Sequence record: SRR33789315_42
Direction: 5' to 3' (one strand)
DNA: 40,668 bases
The notes under the pieces are model-generated. The model was not told the origin of the DNA, ran no database searches, and saw only the letters and a list, made by a program, of their open reading frames with translations. Below, in pieces: positions 27,115-35,050 of the stretch. The number at the start of each line of letters is the position of its first letter. Positions within the stretch are counted from its first letter, which is position 1. A program made the position numbers and the translations under genes.

Positions 27115-27515
27115 TAGTTTTTATCTCCGGTTTTTGAGCCGCGTATTTCGTTTTCGATTAGCATGTTTTGGTTGTTTAATATCTGTTTAAACAGGGGTTC
27201 CATACCTTCTAAACGGCCTTGTAAATTGGCCATTGATTCGCGGCTTTGCTGGGCTTCTTTGGCGGTGGGCAGGTGTTTTAAATGGCCGTCGATGGTGTTT
27301 ACGGTATCGCGCAGCTTGTAATGTTCGATTTGATGGGCTTGAAATTTAGTACGCTGAATTTCTAACTCGGCCTCGGTGCTGGCTTTGTGTTTTATGAGTT
27401 CTTCTTTGGTGGCAAAGTATTTTGATAGCCAAAAAATGAGCAGGCAGCCAAGCATAAAACTAATGAGGCTGTAGAACTTCCAGTTGTCGTTTATGTGGCT
27501 GATGACGTGATCCAT
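27114..27515 (-). CDS. Mu gp25-like membrane-anchored coiled-coil protein (DUF2730)
   Basis: N-terminal TM, KYFATKEE and LKHLPT motifs. Coupled start at 27515. Confidence 0.75.
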   Translation of the reverse strand: MDHVISHINDNWKFYSLISFMLGCLLIFWLSKYFATKEELIKHKASTEAELEIQRTKFQAHQIEHYKLRDTVNTIDGHLKHLPTAKEAQQSRESMANLQGRLEGMEPLFKQILNNQNMLIENEIRGSKTGDKN

Positions 27516-27754
27516 TATTTGCCTCGTTTTATTTTTTGTTGGCGGTCTTGGTCTTGCTGGCATTCGGCACAGCGCTGGGCACTGGCAACAATGGTGCGGC
27601 GTTGTGTAATGTTTATTTCGCAGTCAATACAAATGGCCTCGCCTGCGGCGTTGGTGCGTTGGGGGGCCATGGGTGGTAAGTCGAATGCTCGATTCGCCAT
27701 GGCGAGACGTTGAAAGTGCTCGGTGCGGGCGAGGGCTTCGTCGATGATGTCCAT
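27515..27754 (-). CDS. TraR/DksA-type C4 zinc-finger protein
   Basis: MDIIDEA...CIDC...I...RR......RCAECQ. Confidence 0.85.
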   Translation of the reverse strand: MDIIDEALARTEHFQRLAMANRAFDLPPMAPQRTNAAGEAICIDCEINITQRRTIVASAQRCAECQQDQDRQQKIKRGK

Positions 27755-27755
27755 A

Positions 27756-28262
27756 TTAGTTTGATGATCCTTGTTTACTGAATTTGTCCCATGTTCTAAA
27801 GCCAAACCATGCGAGGGTTGGGGCGGCAATTAGGGTGGCGATTTCCCAGTTGGCACCGGTGCCGTGGCCAAATGCGCCGAGGCCTTCAAAAACAAGGATG
27901 TAGGCGATGGTATACCAGCTATGGCGATTGGCAATTTGCGGGCGCACGCCTTTTATGTCGGTACTTTGTAGGGTTTGTTGTTGGGCTTGATGCATGGCTA
28001 GGTCGTGATCAAGTACGGCCTTTTCTCGGTCGGCGTTTATCTGAGCGAGGCCTAATTGAATTTTTTGTATTTCTATTGGATCGAGCGATTCAACGAGCGA
28101 TTGCAATTTAGCTTTGTTTTGGGGGTTTGGGTTGTTTTGAAATATGTCTACCACATCGGCAATGGTTTCGGTGACCCGCTCGGTGTTGCCGCCTTTTGAT
28201 TGGCCAAATAGGCGAATTAGGCTGGGGCCTGCGGATATTAATGTGGCGAGTAGTGGCAGCAT
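27756..28262 (-). CDS. Putative holin (3TM GTA-holin-like)
   Basis: N-terminal hydrophobic helix, VRP, two C-terminal TMs and WFGFRTWDK motif, in the lysis cassette. Confidence 0.65.
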   Translation of the reverse strand: MLPLLATLISAGPSLIRLFGQSKGGNTERVTETIADVVDIFQNNPNPQNKAKLQSLVESLDPIEIQKIQLGLAQINADREKAVLDHDLAMHQAQQQTLQSTDIKGVRPQIANRHSWYTIAYILVFEGLGAFGHGTGANWEIATLIAAPTLAWFGFRTWDKFSKQGSSN

Positions 28263-28528
28263 TATGTTTTTGCTCCTATTGCCCTGCGGGCATTGGCGAT
28301 GGGGTTGTTGGTTTGGAGTGGTGGTTGGGCATTGGGGTTGCAATGCTGTTTTATTTCGTCGCGGGTGACGCTGTTCCAGCCGTTGCGCCAATGCTCGGCG
28401 GCTGTTTGGTTGTAACTAGATAATGGCAAGTGCACGGCGGTTTTATTTTGGTAGGCGTGTAGCTGGGCAGCTAGGCGCGCTTTACGGCCCATGTCGTACC
28501 ATGCTTGGTTGAATTTGCTTAGGGTCAT
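28262..28528 (-). CDS. Hypothetical lysis-region protein
   Basis: 88-aa ORF coupled at both ends. Confidence 0.6.
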   Translation of the reverse strand: MTLSKFNQAWYDMGRKARLAAQLHAYQNKTAVHLPLSSYNQTAAEHWRNGWNSVTRDEIKQHCNPNAQPPLQTNNPIANARRAIGAKT

Positions 28529-29031
28529 AATGCGTTGGCCCCGTATAAATACCGGTTGGCTTTGGCGATGTATTTTTTGACCGTGCCTTTACCTAAGTGG
28601 GTGTTGTAGTAGGTTTTCCAGTATTGGGCGCGGGCTGCTAAACCTTGGGGGATTAGCTCGGGTATGAGTTTGTAAACGCAACGGGTAAAGACAAAGGCTT
28701 TTAATGGGTCGTCGGCTAGGTCTTGGGGTTTTAGCTCGCGTATGTCAAAGCCAAAGCAGTTGCGAATGATTTGCACGTCTTTGTAGCGGGTGCGTCTAGC
28801 AATGTCGAGCACGCCTATGCTGTCGGCTTGGGTTGATCCCCAGCCAGCGCCGCCTGGTGTTGGATCTTGATAGGTGCCGAGGTTAGTTTCGACACAGGCG
28901 GTTTCGAGCAGTAAATTAACTGCTACATGGTTTTGGCCGTGCCCTAGTGCGTTGCATACCTTGGTTGCCAGTTCTTTGGCATGGGTGGCATCGCTTAGGC
29001 CGTAATAGTAGGTGTACTTTTCTTGGTTCAT
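28525..29031 (-). CDS. Putative endolysin (lysozyme-like fold)
   Basis: First gene after the late promoter (Mu lys position), with LLETACVETNLG and YWKTYYNTHLGKG motifs. Confidence 0.65.
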   Translation of the reverse strand: MNQEKYTYYYGLSDATHAKELATKVCNALGHGQNHVAVNLLLETACVETNLGTYQDPTPGGAGWGSTQADSIGVLDIARRTRYKDVQIIRNCFGFDIRELKPQDLADDPLKAFVFTRCVYKLIPELIPQGLAARAQYWKTYYNTHLGKGTVKKYIAKANRYLYGANAL

Positions 29032-29037
29032 GCCGCT

Positions 29038-29082
29038 ATGTTAGCGGCAGATTTTGCGGGTTGGGTTTAGTCTGGGTTAGGG
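29038..29082 (-). promoter_or_regulatory. Activator-dependent late promoter for lysis/packaging operon
   Basis: 22-bp element identical to 18067-18088, 17 nt upstream of -10 TAACAT. Confidence 0.75.
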
Positions 29083-29094
29083 GATTTTAGGGCT

Positions 29095-29427
29095 TTAGAT
29101 AGTGACTGATGTTAGTTTTATTTCTGTTTTCCACTGTGAAAATTTGCAATTAAAGTTTGATCTTAATTGCGCCCCAAAACTATTTTGAGAATCGACATAA
29201 CCCGAGACAAGCCACTTACCCCGCGTTACGCCGTCATCTACATAGGTATCGAGCTTTTTTTCAATTTTTGTGTCTGTGATTGAACTAAAAATAGCTGTTG
29301 ATGGGGCTTTTAATCTGGTTTGGATTTGTGAGATACAGGTTTGATAAACATAGCTGGTGTTGCTGGTTTTGCCTCCATTGCACGCCACGGTAGTTAAACT
29401 TAGCAGTATTAGTAAAAGGGGCTTCAT
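29095..29427 (-). CDS. Lipoprotein moron
   Basis: Signal peptide ending VAC, with LKAPSTAIF and VDSQNSFGAQLRS motifs. Confidence 0.75.
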   Translation of the reverse strand: MKPLLLILLSLTTVACNGGKTSNTSYVYQTCISQIQTRLKAPSTAIFSSITDTKIEKKLDTYVDDGVTRGKWLVSGYVDSQNSFGAQLRSNFNCKFSQWKTEIKLTSVTI

Positions 29428-29514
29428 GCTTACTCAAATCTCTGTTTTATTAATTGGTAGCTATGGATCGTGGATCAAAAATGGCGTTGGGTCAAATTTA
29501 AACGATTTGGTATT

Positions 29515-29540
29515 AAAAAGCCCGCGTGGTGCGGGCTTTA
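29515..29540 (-). terminator. Terminator ending the early/middle operon
   Basis: Minus strand AAAGCCCGC-ACCAC-GCGGGCTTTTT. Confidence 0.8.
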
Positions 29541-29554
29541 TAAGTACTTATTTT

Positions 29555-29740
29555 TTATTTTTTTGAGGTTCGCAGAAAAACTCTTATCCTAAGTAACCTT
29601 CGCCATTTAATACCCGCCTTTGTTTTTGATTTGCATGCGATGCCTTTGTACCACTTATAGTCGAAGTTTATAAATACTGGCTTATCTTTAGATTGCAGTT
29701 TTTGGAATTTATCAAAGGTTCTAGCGGTGTATTTTTTCAT
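29555..29740 (-). CDS. Small basic hypothetical protein
   Basis: 61 aa from ATG 29740, Lys/Arg-rich. Confidence 0.5.
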   Translation of the reverse strand: MKKYTARTFDKFQKLQSKDKPVFINFDYKWYKGIACKSKTKAGIKWRRLLRIRVFLRTSKK

Positions 29741-29772
29741 TAATATGTCTCTGTTGTTAATGGTTTTTAATT

Positions 29773-29835
29773 TATCTACAACCCTTACAACCTTTACAAC
29801 TCTAAGACGTTGTAAGGGTTGTAGACGTTGTAAGG
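29773..29835. repeat. Six TACAAC/GTTGTA units at 9-bp period in two inverted triplets
   Basis: TATCTACAACCCTTACAACCTTTACAAC-TCTAAGAC-GTTGTAAGGGTTGTAGACGTTGTAAGG. Confidence 0.85.
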
Positions 29836-30716
29836 CTATAAACAATGCGGGTGTGGTTCTTTTTTGATTGCCAGTAAATACCGTCGTATTTGTCGAGGCG
29901 CGCCCGTGCGGTTTTGTCGTCTTTGGTTGCGCCTGTTGCTTCGAGTAATGCGGTTTTATGCAAGTTTGGCTGGGCGAATAGGGCAGCTTTGACTTGTTCG
30001 ATAAATTCGAGGTCGTCTTCGGTGGCTTTGGCTTCGAGCAAGTCGCGCTCGGTGAGGGTTAAGGTGTGAGGGCAAATATCAAAGGCTTTGTCGGTAATGG
30101 GTGCGCGATCTTTTACTGATATGAGCAATGTCCCTACGCCGTTAGATAGTTCGAGCTTTTTTAGTTGGTACATGTTGTCGATTGAGTTGCGTATGTTGTT
30201 GCTGCCTTGGTAGTTGCGGCCATCTTTGTTGGAGTGGTGCAATACGATAATGGTGGCACCCGCTTCGCGGATGTTCATTAGCATGTTGAGTATCTCCATG
30301 GCTTTGCTGTCGTTGTTGATGTCGCCAAAGTTGCGCAGTGAGTCGATTATGATGATGTGATCGCGATAGCTTTGGCCGGTTGCACTGTTGTTCATGCATT
30401 GCAGTAGGGTGTTGCCGGTGCCTTCCCACTTGCCGCGGTGTATGTATTTTAGGGTTGGGTAGCGTTGTATGAGTTTTTTGTCGACACCGCGTTCTTGGAG
30501 TACGCCTAGGGGGTTGTCAAAATCTAGGTAGATAACCGGCATATTAAGGGCCGCGCAATAGCTGGCAAGGCCGAGGCCTAACCAGCTTTTGCCGTTTCCG
30601 CCATCTGCATAAATCATGGTGATCATGTTTTTGACTAGAAAGCCTTTGATCACGTATTCGGTTTTTACATCAAAGTCGTGCGAGTTAAGGGTGGCGGGAT
30701 TTAAAAAGTCGAACAT
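29802..30716 (-). CDS. RecA-fold AAA ATPase (RepA/helicase-like)
   Basis: ADGGNGKS Walker A, YLDFDN, IIIIDSL Walker B and VLHHSNK. Confidence 0.85.
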   Translation of the reverse strand: MFDFLNPATLNSHDFDVKTEYVIKGFLVKNMITMIYADGGNGKSWLGLGLASYCAALNMPVIYLDFDNPLGVLQERGVDKKLIQRYPTLKYIHRGKWEGTGNTLLQCMNNSATGQSYRDHIIIIDSLRNFGDINNDSKAMEILNMLMNIREAGATIIVLHHSNKDGRNYQGSNNIRNSIDNMYQLKKLELSNGVGTLLISVKDRAPITDKAFDICPHTLTLTERDLLEAKATEDDLEFIEQVKAALFAQPNLHKTALLEATGATKDDKTARARLDKYDGIYWQSKKNHTRIVYSLTTSTTLTTS

Positions 30717-30899
30717 TTAAGATCCCTTATTTAGTTTTTTAATTTTCCGGGTTAGGGCGTTTTCGACCGCTTTTTGCAGACCAGCTACATTTAAAGCGGC
30801 ATGGCATTGATCTAGATTGAAACCTTTAATGGCATGCAATCTGTCGTCGGCGGATAGGTGCGCGCCATGTGAGGTTTGAAATGGATTTTTAAATGACAT
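30717..30899 (-). CDS. Hypothetical protein
   Basis: 60-aa ORF, GAGG SD, tight operon packing. Confidence 0.6.
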   Translation of the reverse strand: MSFKNPFQTSHGAHLSADDRLHAIKGFNLDQCHAALNVAGLQKAVENALTRKIKKLNKGS

Positions 30900-30902
30900 A
30901 GT

Positions 30903-31124
30903 TTAGGCCTCTAGTAAGTCGGTAAAGTTTATATTTTTGCGGGCTAAGATGACGCGGGCTTTGCGCAGTGCGCGTTGTTCGATGTGCCACATTAGGCTTT
31001 CTGAACAGTCGCAAACGGCTGCTATTTCGCCACGGGTATAGGTTTGACCTTTTGGGGTAATGGCACATAAGACGCTGAGGCCTAAGTCGACACTGATTTT
31101 GGTGCTGGGATGGTATGTTGACAT
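30903..31124 (-). CDS. Stand-alone sigma70 region-4-like HTH protein
   Basis: YTRGEIAAVCDCSESLMWHIEQRALRKAR parallels region 4.2 (T.EE.....V.RERIRQIE.KALRKLR). Confidence 0.65.
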   Translation of the reverse strand: MSTYHPSTKISVDLGLSVLCAITPKGQTYTRGEIAAVCDCSESLMWHIEQRALRKARVILARKNINFTDLLEA

Positions 31125-31127
31125 GGG

Positions 31128-31376
31128 TTAGGCCTCCCACAAATTGCATATAGCAATAGGTTTAACTTCAAACTGGTTTAATTTACATCGAGCGGGGAAA
31201 CGTTCATTAGTTGGCTTGTGAAATAATGCACCCAAAAAATGGGCGCAATTACGACACATTTGCAATTCTCTATCGTCATACCCAACTGCTTTGCGTTTGC
31301 TTTTTCGTTGATTTTTAGTCTTTTTTTGAAACCCTCTGATTTTGTCGTTGGCCTCTGTGAAATTGGTTGGCTGCAT
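31128..31376 (-). CDS. Cys-containing hypothetical protein
   Basis: CRNCAHF...C...C..W pattern. Confidence 0.6.
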   Translation of the reverse strand: MQPTNFTEANDKIRGFQKKTKNQRKSKRKAVGYDDRELQMCRNCAHFLGALFHKPTNERFPARCKLNQFEVKPIAICNLWEA

Positions 31377-31379
31377 TAT

Positions 31380-31610
31380 TTAACCCTCGTCTACAAAGTG
31401 ACTGTCGATGCTGGTTACCACTAATTGTGCTTGGCAGACTTTGCCGTCGACTAATAGGGTGCCCAGCCAATAGCGGGCTTCGCATTCTTCACGTTCTTGC
31501 ACTTCAAGGGCTAAATCGTTTACTAGGTGCTCAATCACTGGCGCTTGGATCGCATAGTCGGCCAGTGGCATAACGTCGTAGTCGTAGTCGGGGTGGATTT
31601 TATTTAGCAT
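31380..31610 (-). CDS. Hypothetical protein
   Basis: 76-aa acidic ORF with G-rich SD. Confidence 0.6.
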   Translation of the reverse strand: MLNKIHPDYDYDVMPLADYAIQAPVIEHLVNDLALEVQEREECEARYWLGTLLVDGKVCQAQLVVTSIDSHFVDEG

Positions 31611-31619
31611 AATTACCCC

Positions 31620-32051
31620 CTACCTTAAGACGTTTAAAAGTTGGGTTGGTGAAGTAACGATATCAGTAGCCATTAGTGCCATTAATTCTGGCTCTTCACC
31701 ATCTTTGGTTAATATGTAACAAGATTTCCCCATTCCACAAAACCAACCTGCTTCTAAATGAGCTGAACGCCCACATGGCAATAATAAAACGCAAGTATCT
31801 GCCCACTGCATAGCCCTCATATCATTTTGAAAGCCTAATGCAGCATTAGGATGAGTTAGCAAGTTTTTACGATATTCACTAGCTGACCATTTTTGCCAAT
31901 TTTCGTCTATTGCTCGCCATGAGAACCCTTCGTGACCTTCAAAAGGATTTCGAAAGTCATAAACTTTGTGACCTTCACTTTCTAACAGTTTCAAAATTTC
32001 AGGTTGTTGTGCATTTCTCCACGATGAAGCTAAATATATTTTTTTAGACAT
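31620..32051 (-). CDS. Nucleoside 2-deoxyribosyltransferase-fold protein
   Basis: KIYLASSWRN...F..DM.AM.WAD.CVLLLPCGRSAHLEAGW..G.GK. Confidence 0.75.
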   Translation of the reverse strand: MSKKIYLASSWRNAQQPEILKLLESEGHKVYDFRNPFEGHEGFSWRAIDENWQKWSASEYRKNLLTHPNAALGFQNDMRAMQWADTCVLLLPCGRSAHLEAGWFCGMGKSCYILTKDGEEPELMALMATDIVTSPTQLLNVLR

Positions 32052-32097
32052 TGCTTTTATTCCTAAATGAGTTTTGGGTGGATGTGTTGAAGCATGG

Positions 32098-32757
32098 TTA
32101 GGCCTCATCGGTTTGAGCTTGGTTTAGCCGACGGTTGTGCTCATATACCTTGTCGCAAAATTCTCTAATTGGCTGTCGGTTAGAGGTAATACCACCCACA
32201 ATTTCGGCATAAGATGCGTACTGAGCTAATTCATATCCATCTTCAAAAGCTTTTGTTAAATCCCGCAATTTTTTAGCGGCTTGGTACTGCAAAGAAGACG
32301 TATCAACGTGATCCATTTCAGTAACTGAATGTTCTAAGGCGATGATTAAGTCGTCTATATCGAGCGGTTCTTGCAAATCAGTTGCTTCTGAAATGTTTGC
32401 GGGGTGTTCGTCGGTATCAACCTTATCTTGTTGGCTAAATATGTATTCGACTAAATAGCGGCCTGCGTCGACGCCATCAACACGGCCATCGGCGGTGTAA
32501 AAGGATTCTGTGCCTTGCCGACAAAGTGAACGGTTTTCTTTTTCGCTTTCTATTTTTGCATCGAAAGCGGCGAGCAGTTGGTCGAGTAATTTAGGTTTTT
32601 GTTTGACAGCTGCGTGCTGAATAGCTTCGATAACCCAGTCATGTGGCATCCAATCATCTAAAGACTCTTTAGTGTTTGGCAAATAGGTATGTTCGCCAGA
32701 TACACCTGCATTAAGGGCATACAGCTTGGCAATAACTATGGCTTTATCTTTGTTCAT
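32098..32757 (-). CDS. Hypothetical (probably mosaic) phage protein
   Basis: Start MNKDKAIV at 32757 after AGGA. The upstream extension overlaps mor and is probably not translated. Confidence 0.65.
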   Translation of the reverse strand: MNKDKAIVIAKLYALNAGVSGEHTYLPNTKESLDDWMPHDWVIEAIQHAAVKQKPKLLDQLLAAFDAKIESEKENRSLCRQGTESFYTADGRVDGVDAGRYLVEYIFSQQDKVDTDEHPANISEATDLQEPLDIDDLIIALEHSVTEMDHVDTSSLQYQAAKKLRDLTKAFEDGYELAQYASYAEIVGGITSNRQPIREFCDKVYEHNRRLNQAQTDEA

Positions 32758-32765
32758 AATTTTTC

Positions 32766-33206
32766 CTATATCAGTTTGGGTTGGATGCGTTCCAAATGCT
32801 CTTGGCGTTTGGTGCGTAAAATTTGGTAAACCTGTATTTGGTTTAATTCGGGGCAGTATTGGTGGTGCACTTTTTCTACGGTCCAGCTTTTGAGGTGCCA
32901 GAGTTTGAACATGTGTATGTTGCGTAGCTCTTGTTTGAGTTTGTCGCCCCGTGGCAAGTAGCGACATTCGCCCCCTTGGTAGGTGGCAATTTCGGCAATG
33001 ATGGCGCAACTGGTGTCGTAGGCTTTTTTGCCTTCGAGGCCTTGTTGCTGCAAACGGCGTTCGATGATGCAAACGAGTGCCCATAGGTGTTCTTTGTAAC
33101 TGGCGGCGGCTTTGGTGCGGTCGTCGGTTAGCTCGGGCAGGTTGGCGAGCAGTTGGTCGAGGTCGTCGTTAAATTCGAAGCCGGTTTGGTTGTCTGAGTC
33201 GCTCAT
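32766..33206 (-). CDS. mor: Mor/C-family transcription activator
   Basis: IATYQGGECRYLPRGDKLKQELRNIHMF...QVYQILR...R.QPKL. Confidence 0.9.
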   Translation of the reverse strand: MSDSDNQTGFEFNDDLDQLLANLPELTDDRTKAAASYKEHLWALVCIIERRLQQQGLEGKKAYDTSCAIIAEIATYQGGECRYLPRGDKLKQELRNIHMFKLWHLKSWTVEKVHHQYCPELNQIQVYQILRTKRQEHLERIQPKLI

Positions 33207-33772
33207 AATTTGCCCCGCTTTTGCCAAAATTTGTAGGTGTAAATAACCCAGTCGTAACTGGCTTGGTGTACTGGGTTACTGCCGTTTTTTTGGTTAATGA
33301 GGGTTACGCCAATACTGGTTAGCCTGTTGGCTAAAATACGACGGTGCCATTGTTTTAATGCTTCAAGAACGGTGTGACAGGTTGCATTATTTAACCAGGC
33401 AACCGAGGCAATACCGTTGCCTTGGTTTTGTTTGGCTGTCATGCGTTTTACATAAGCATTGAGGGCGGTTTCGCTGGCATCTTTGACGATGCCGTGTTGA
33501 CCCATGGTGATCCAGATGGCGCGAATTTTGTCGATTTCGGGCAGTTTTGCATTGCCACTGGGGGGCGACATGCGGCGACCTTTGGGGCTTTTTATGGCTT
33601 TAAAGCCTTTGGCTTTGAAGTGATCTAAAACGGCTTCGAGCTGTTTTAAATTCATTTCAGCACAGCTGGTAAGGCCGTTGGCCTTATCGGCTAAGATGCT
33701 GCGGTATAGCTCGTCGTCGAGGCCGAGTTGTTTTTTAGCTATATGAATTTTGGCGATTAGGGCGCGTGTCAT
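33203..33772 (-). CDS. gemA: GemA / Mu gp16 (DUF1018)
   Basis: IAKIHIAKKQLGLDDELYR, KIRAIW and VLEALKQW motifs. Confidence 0.9.
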   Translation of the reverse strand: MTRALIAKIHIAKKQLGLDDELYRSILADKANGLTSCAEMNLKQLEAVLDHFKAKGFKAIKSPKGRRMSPPSGNAKLPEIDKIRAIWITMGQHGIVKDASETALNAYVKRMTAKQNQGNGIASVAWLNNATCHTVLEALKQWHRRILANRLTSIGVTLINQKNGSNPVHQASYDWVIYTYKFWQKRGKL

Positions 33773-33906
33773 TTTTTTGCACCGCGCAGAAAAGCCAATA
33801 TTACGATTAAGCTCATGATGTATGTGGCTGCAAAAATGAGGCTTATTGCGTTGTAATGAAGGGCCGCGGCGGCGGCACCAATGAGTAGTAATGTAAATGT
33901 TTTCAT
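33769..33906 (-). CDS. 45-aa hydrophobic peptide (below ORF-track cutoff)
   Basis: MKTFTLLLIGAAAAALHYNAISLIFAATYIMSLIVILAFLRGAKK, with AGGAG SD and ATGA overlap with gemA. Confidence 0.6.
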   Translation of the reverse strand: MKTFTLLLIGAAAAALHYNAISLIFAATYIMSLIVILAFLRGAKK

Positions 33907-33988
33907 GGTGGTGGCTCCTGGTTGGTTAATCAAAGGCCACTGCATGCAATGGCCTTTGATTAACGCCCGTTTTACGGGCGGTTAAGGT

Positions 33989-34174
33989 TTAGTTAGCGGG
34001 CTTTATTTCGAGCCACTTTTCGCCTGTTTGGCGGTCTTCGTAGGTGTTGATTTCGTACAGTTCTTCGAGGCCGTCGACTGTCGGGTCTACGCGATTGATA
34101 AAGGCGCGCAGGTCTTCGACTGAGCCAACAAAGGAGGTCGTTTTTTTGGGTGGTAACGCGGCTACATTTGGCAT
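33989..34174 (-). CDS. Hypothetical protein
   Basis: ATG 34174 after AGGAG. Confidence 0.6.
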   Translation of the reverse strand: MPNVAALPPKKTTSFVGSVEDLRAFINRVDPTVDGLEELYEINTYEDRQTGEKWLEIKPAN

Positions 34175-34184
34175 GGTGGTTCTC

Positions 34185-34346
34185 CTAATATTCGATAAGA
34201 CTGAAGTCTTCAATTTTTAAAAATGTGTTGTACATCGCATCGCATGCAGGACAGGTGAGGACTAAATCAAGTATCTCGTCATCATGCGCCTCAGTTACGA
34301 TAGTCAAATTTTCTTCTGTTAGTGCGTTGCCGCAATTGCATTTCAT
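34185..34346 (-). CDS. Small zinc-ribbon-like protein
   Basis: MKCNCG...CPAC, ATG 34346 after GGAG. Confidence 0.6.
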   Translation of the reverse strand: MKCNCGNALTEENLTIVTEAHDDEILDLVLTCPACDAMYNTFLKIEDFSLIEY

Positions 34347-34377
34347 TGTGGTGGTGCTCCGTTTAGTTTTGGGTAAA

Positions 34378-35040
34378 TTAGGCTTTTGATATATCAAGTG
34401 GTATTTGCACATAACGGCCATTTTCTTCGCGGTAGAAGGCGCGAAAATACGTGGCGGTAAAGTCGTGTTCTAGGGCGTTGTCGAGGGCTTCCATGGCTTT
34501 GGTCCATAGCTCGTCGGGAGTCTCTAGCTTGAGCTTGCGCACGCGCTGTAAGTCGGCAATGTTGTAGTTGCCTTTGGCGTCGGTGCGAAAGTATTTGCGC
34601 ACAAAGGCTTGTAAGTTGCGGTTACTGCCTTTTGACCAGCCGTTTAAACATTGGTCGACTAACTGAGTGGCGACGACCATGTGCTCGTTGGTGGTGAGGC
34701 GGTCTTGCTTTGAGCGTTCGATTTTTAATTTTTTGTCGATGGTAAGCAGTTGCACGTTGCCTTTTTTACCGCCTAGTTTGACTTGGTAAAGTTCGGCCAT
34801 GCGTTGAATGTGGTTTTCGAAGCGGTTAGCGAATTTGTTTTTAACGGCTTGGATTTCGTCTGACAATACAGCTGAGTCGCGGGCCATTTCGCGCACGAGT
34901 TGATCGCGCAGTATGTCGAACTCTTTTATTTTGTCGACGCGGATCATGTTGCCGTGTTCGTCGAACATAAAGCCGTCTTGGGGTTTGACAGCGGCGAGGT
35001 CGTGAACGATTTCGATTATTTTTTTGGTTGGGATTGTCAT
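34378..35040 (-). CDS. DUF3164-family protein of Mu-like phages
   Basis: IKEFDILRDQLV, LGGKKGNVQL, YFRAFYR and Y.QIPLDI motifs. Confidence 0.8.
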   Translation of the reverse strand: MTIPTKKIIEIVHDLAAVKPQDGFMFDEHGNMIRVDKIKEFDILRDQLVREMARDSAVLSDEIQAVKNKFANRFENHIQRMAELYQVKLGGKKGNVQLLTIDKKLKIERSKQDRLTTNEHMVVATQLVDQCLNGWSKGSNRNLQAFVRKYFRTDAKGNYNIADLQRVRKLKLETPDELWTKAMEALDNALEHDFTATYFRAFYREENGRYVQIPLDISKA

Positions 35041-35050
35041 GGTGGTTGCC

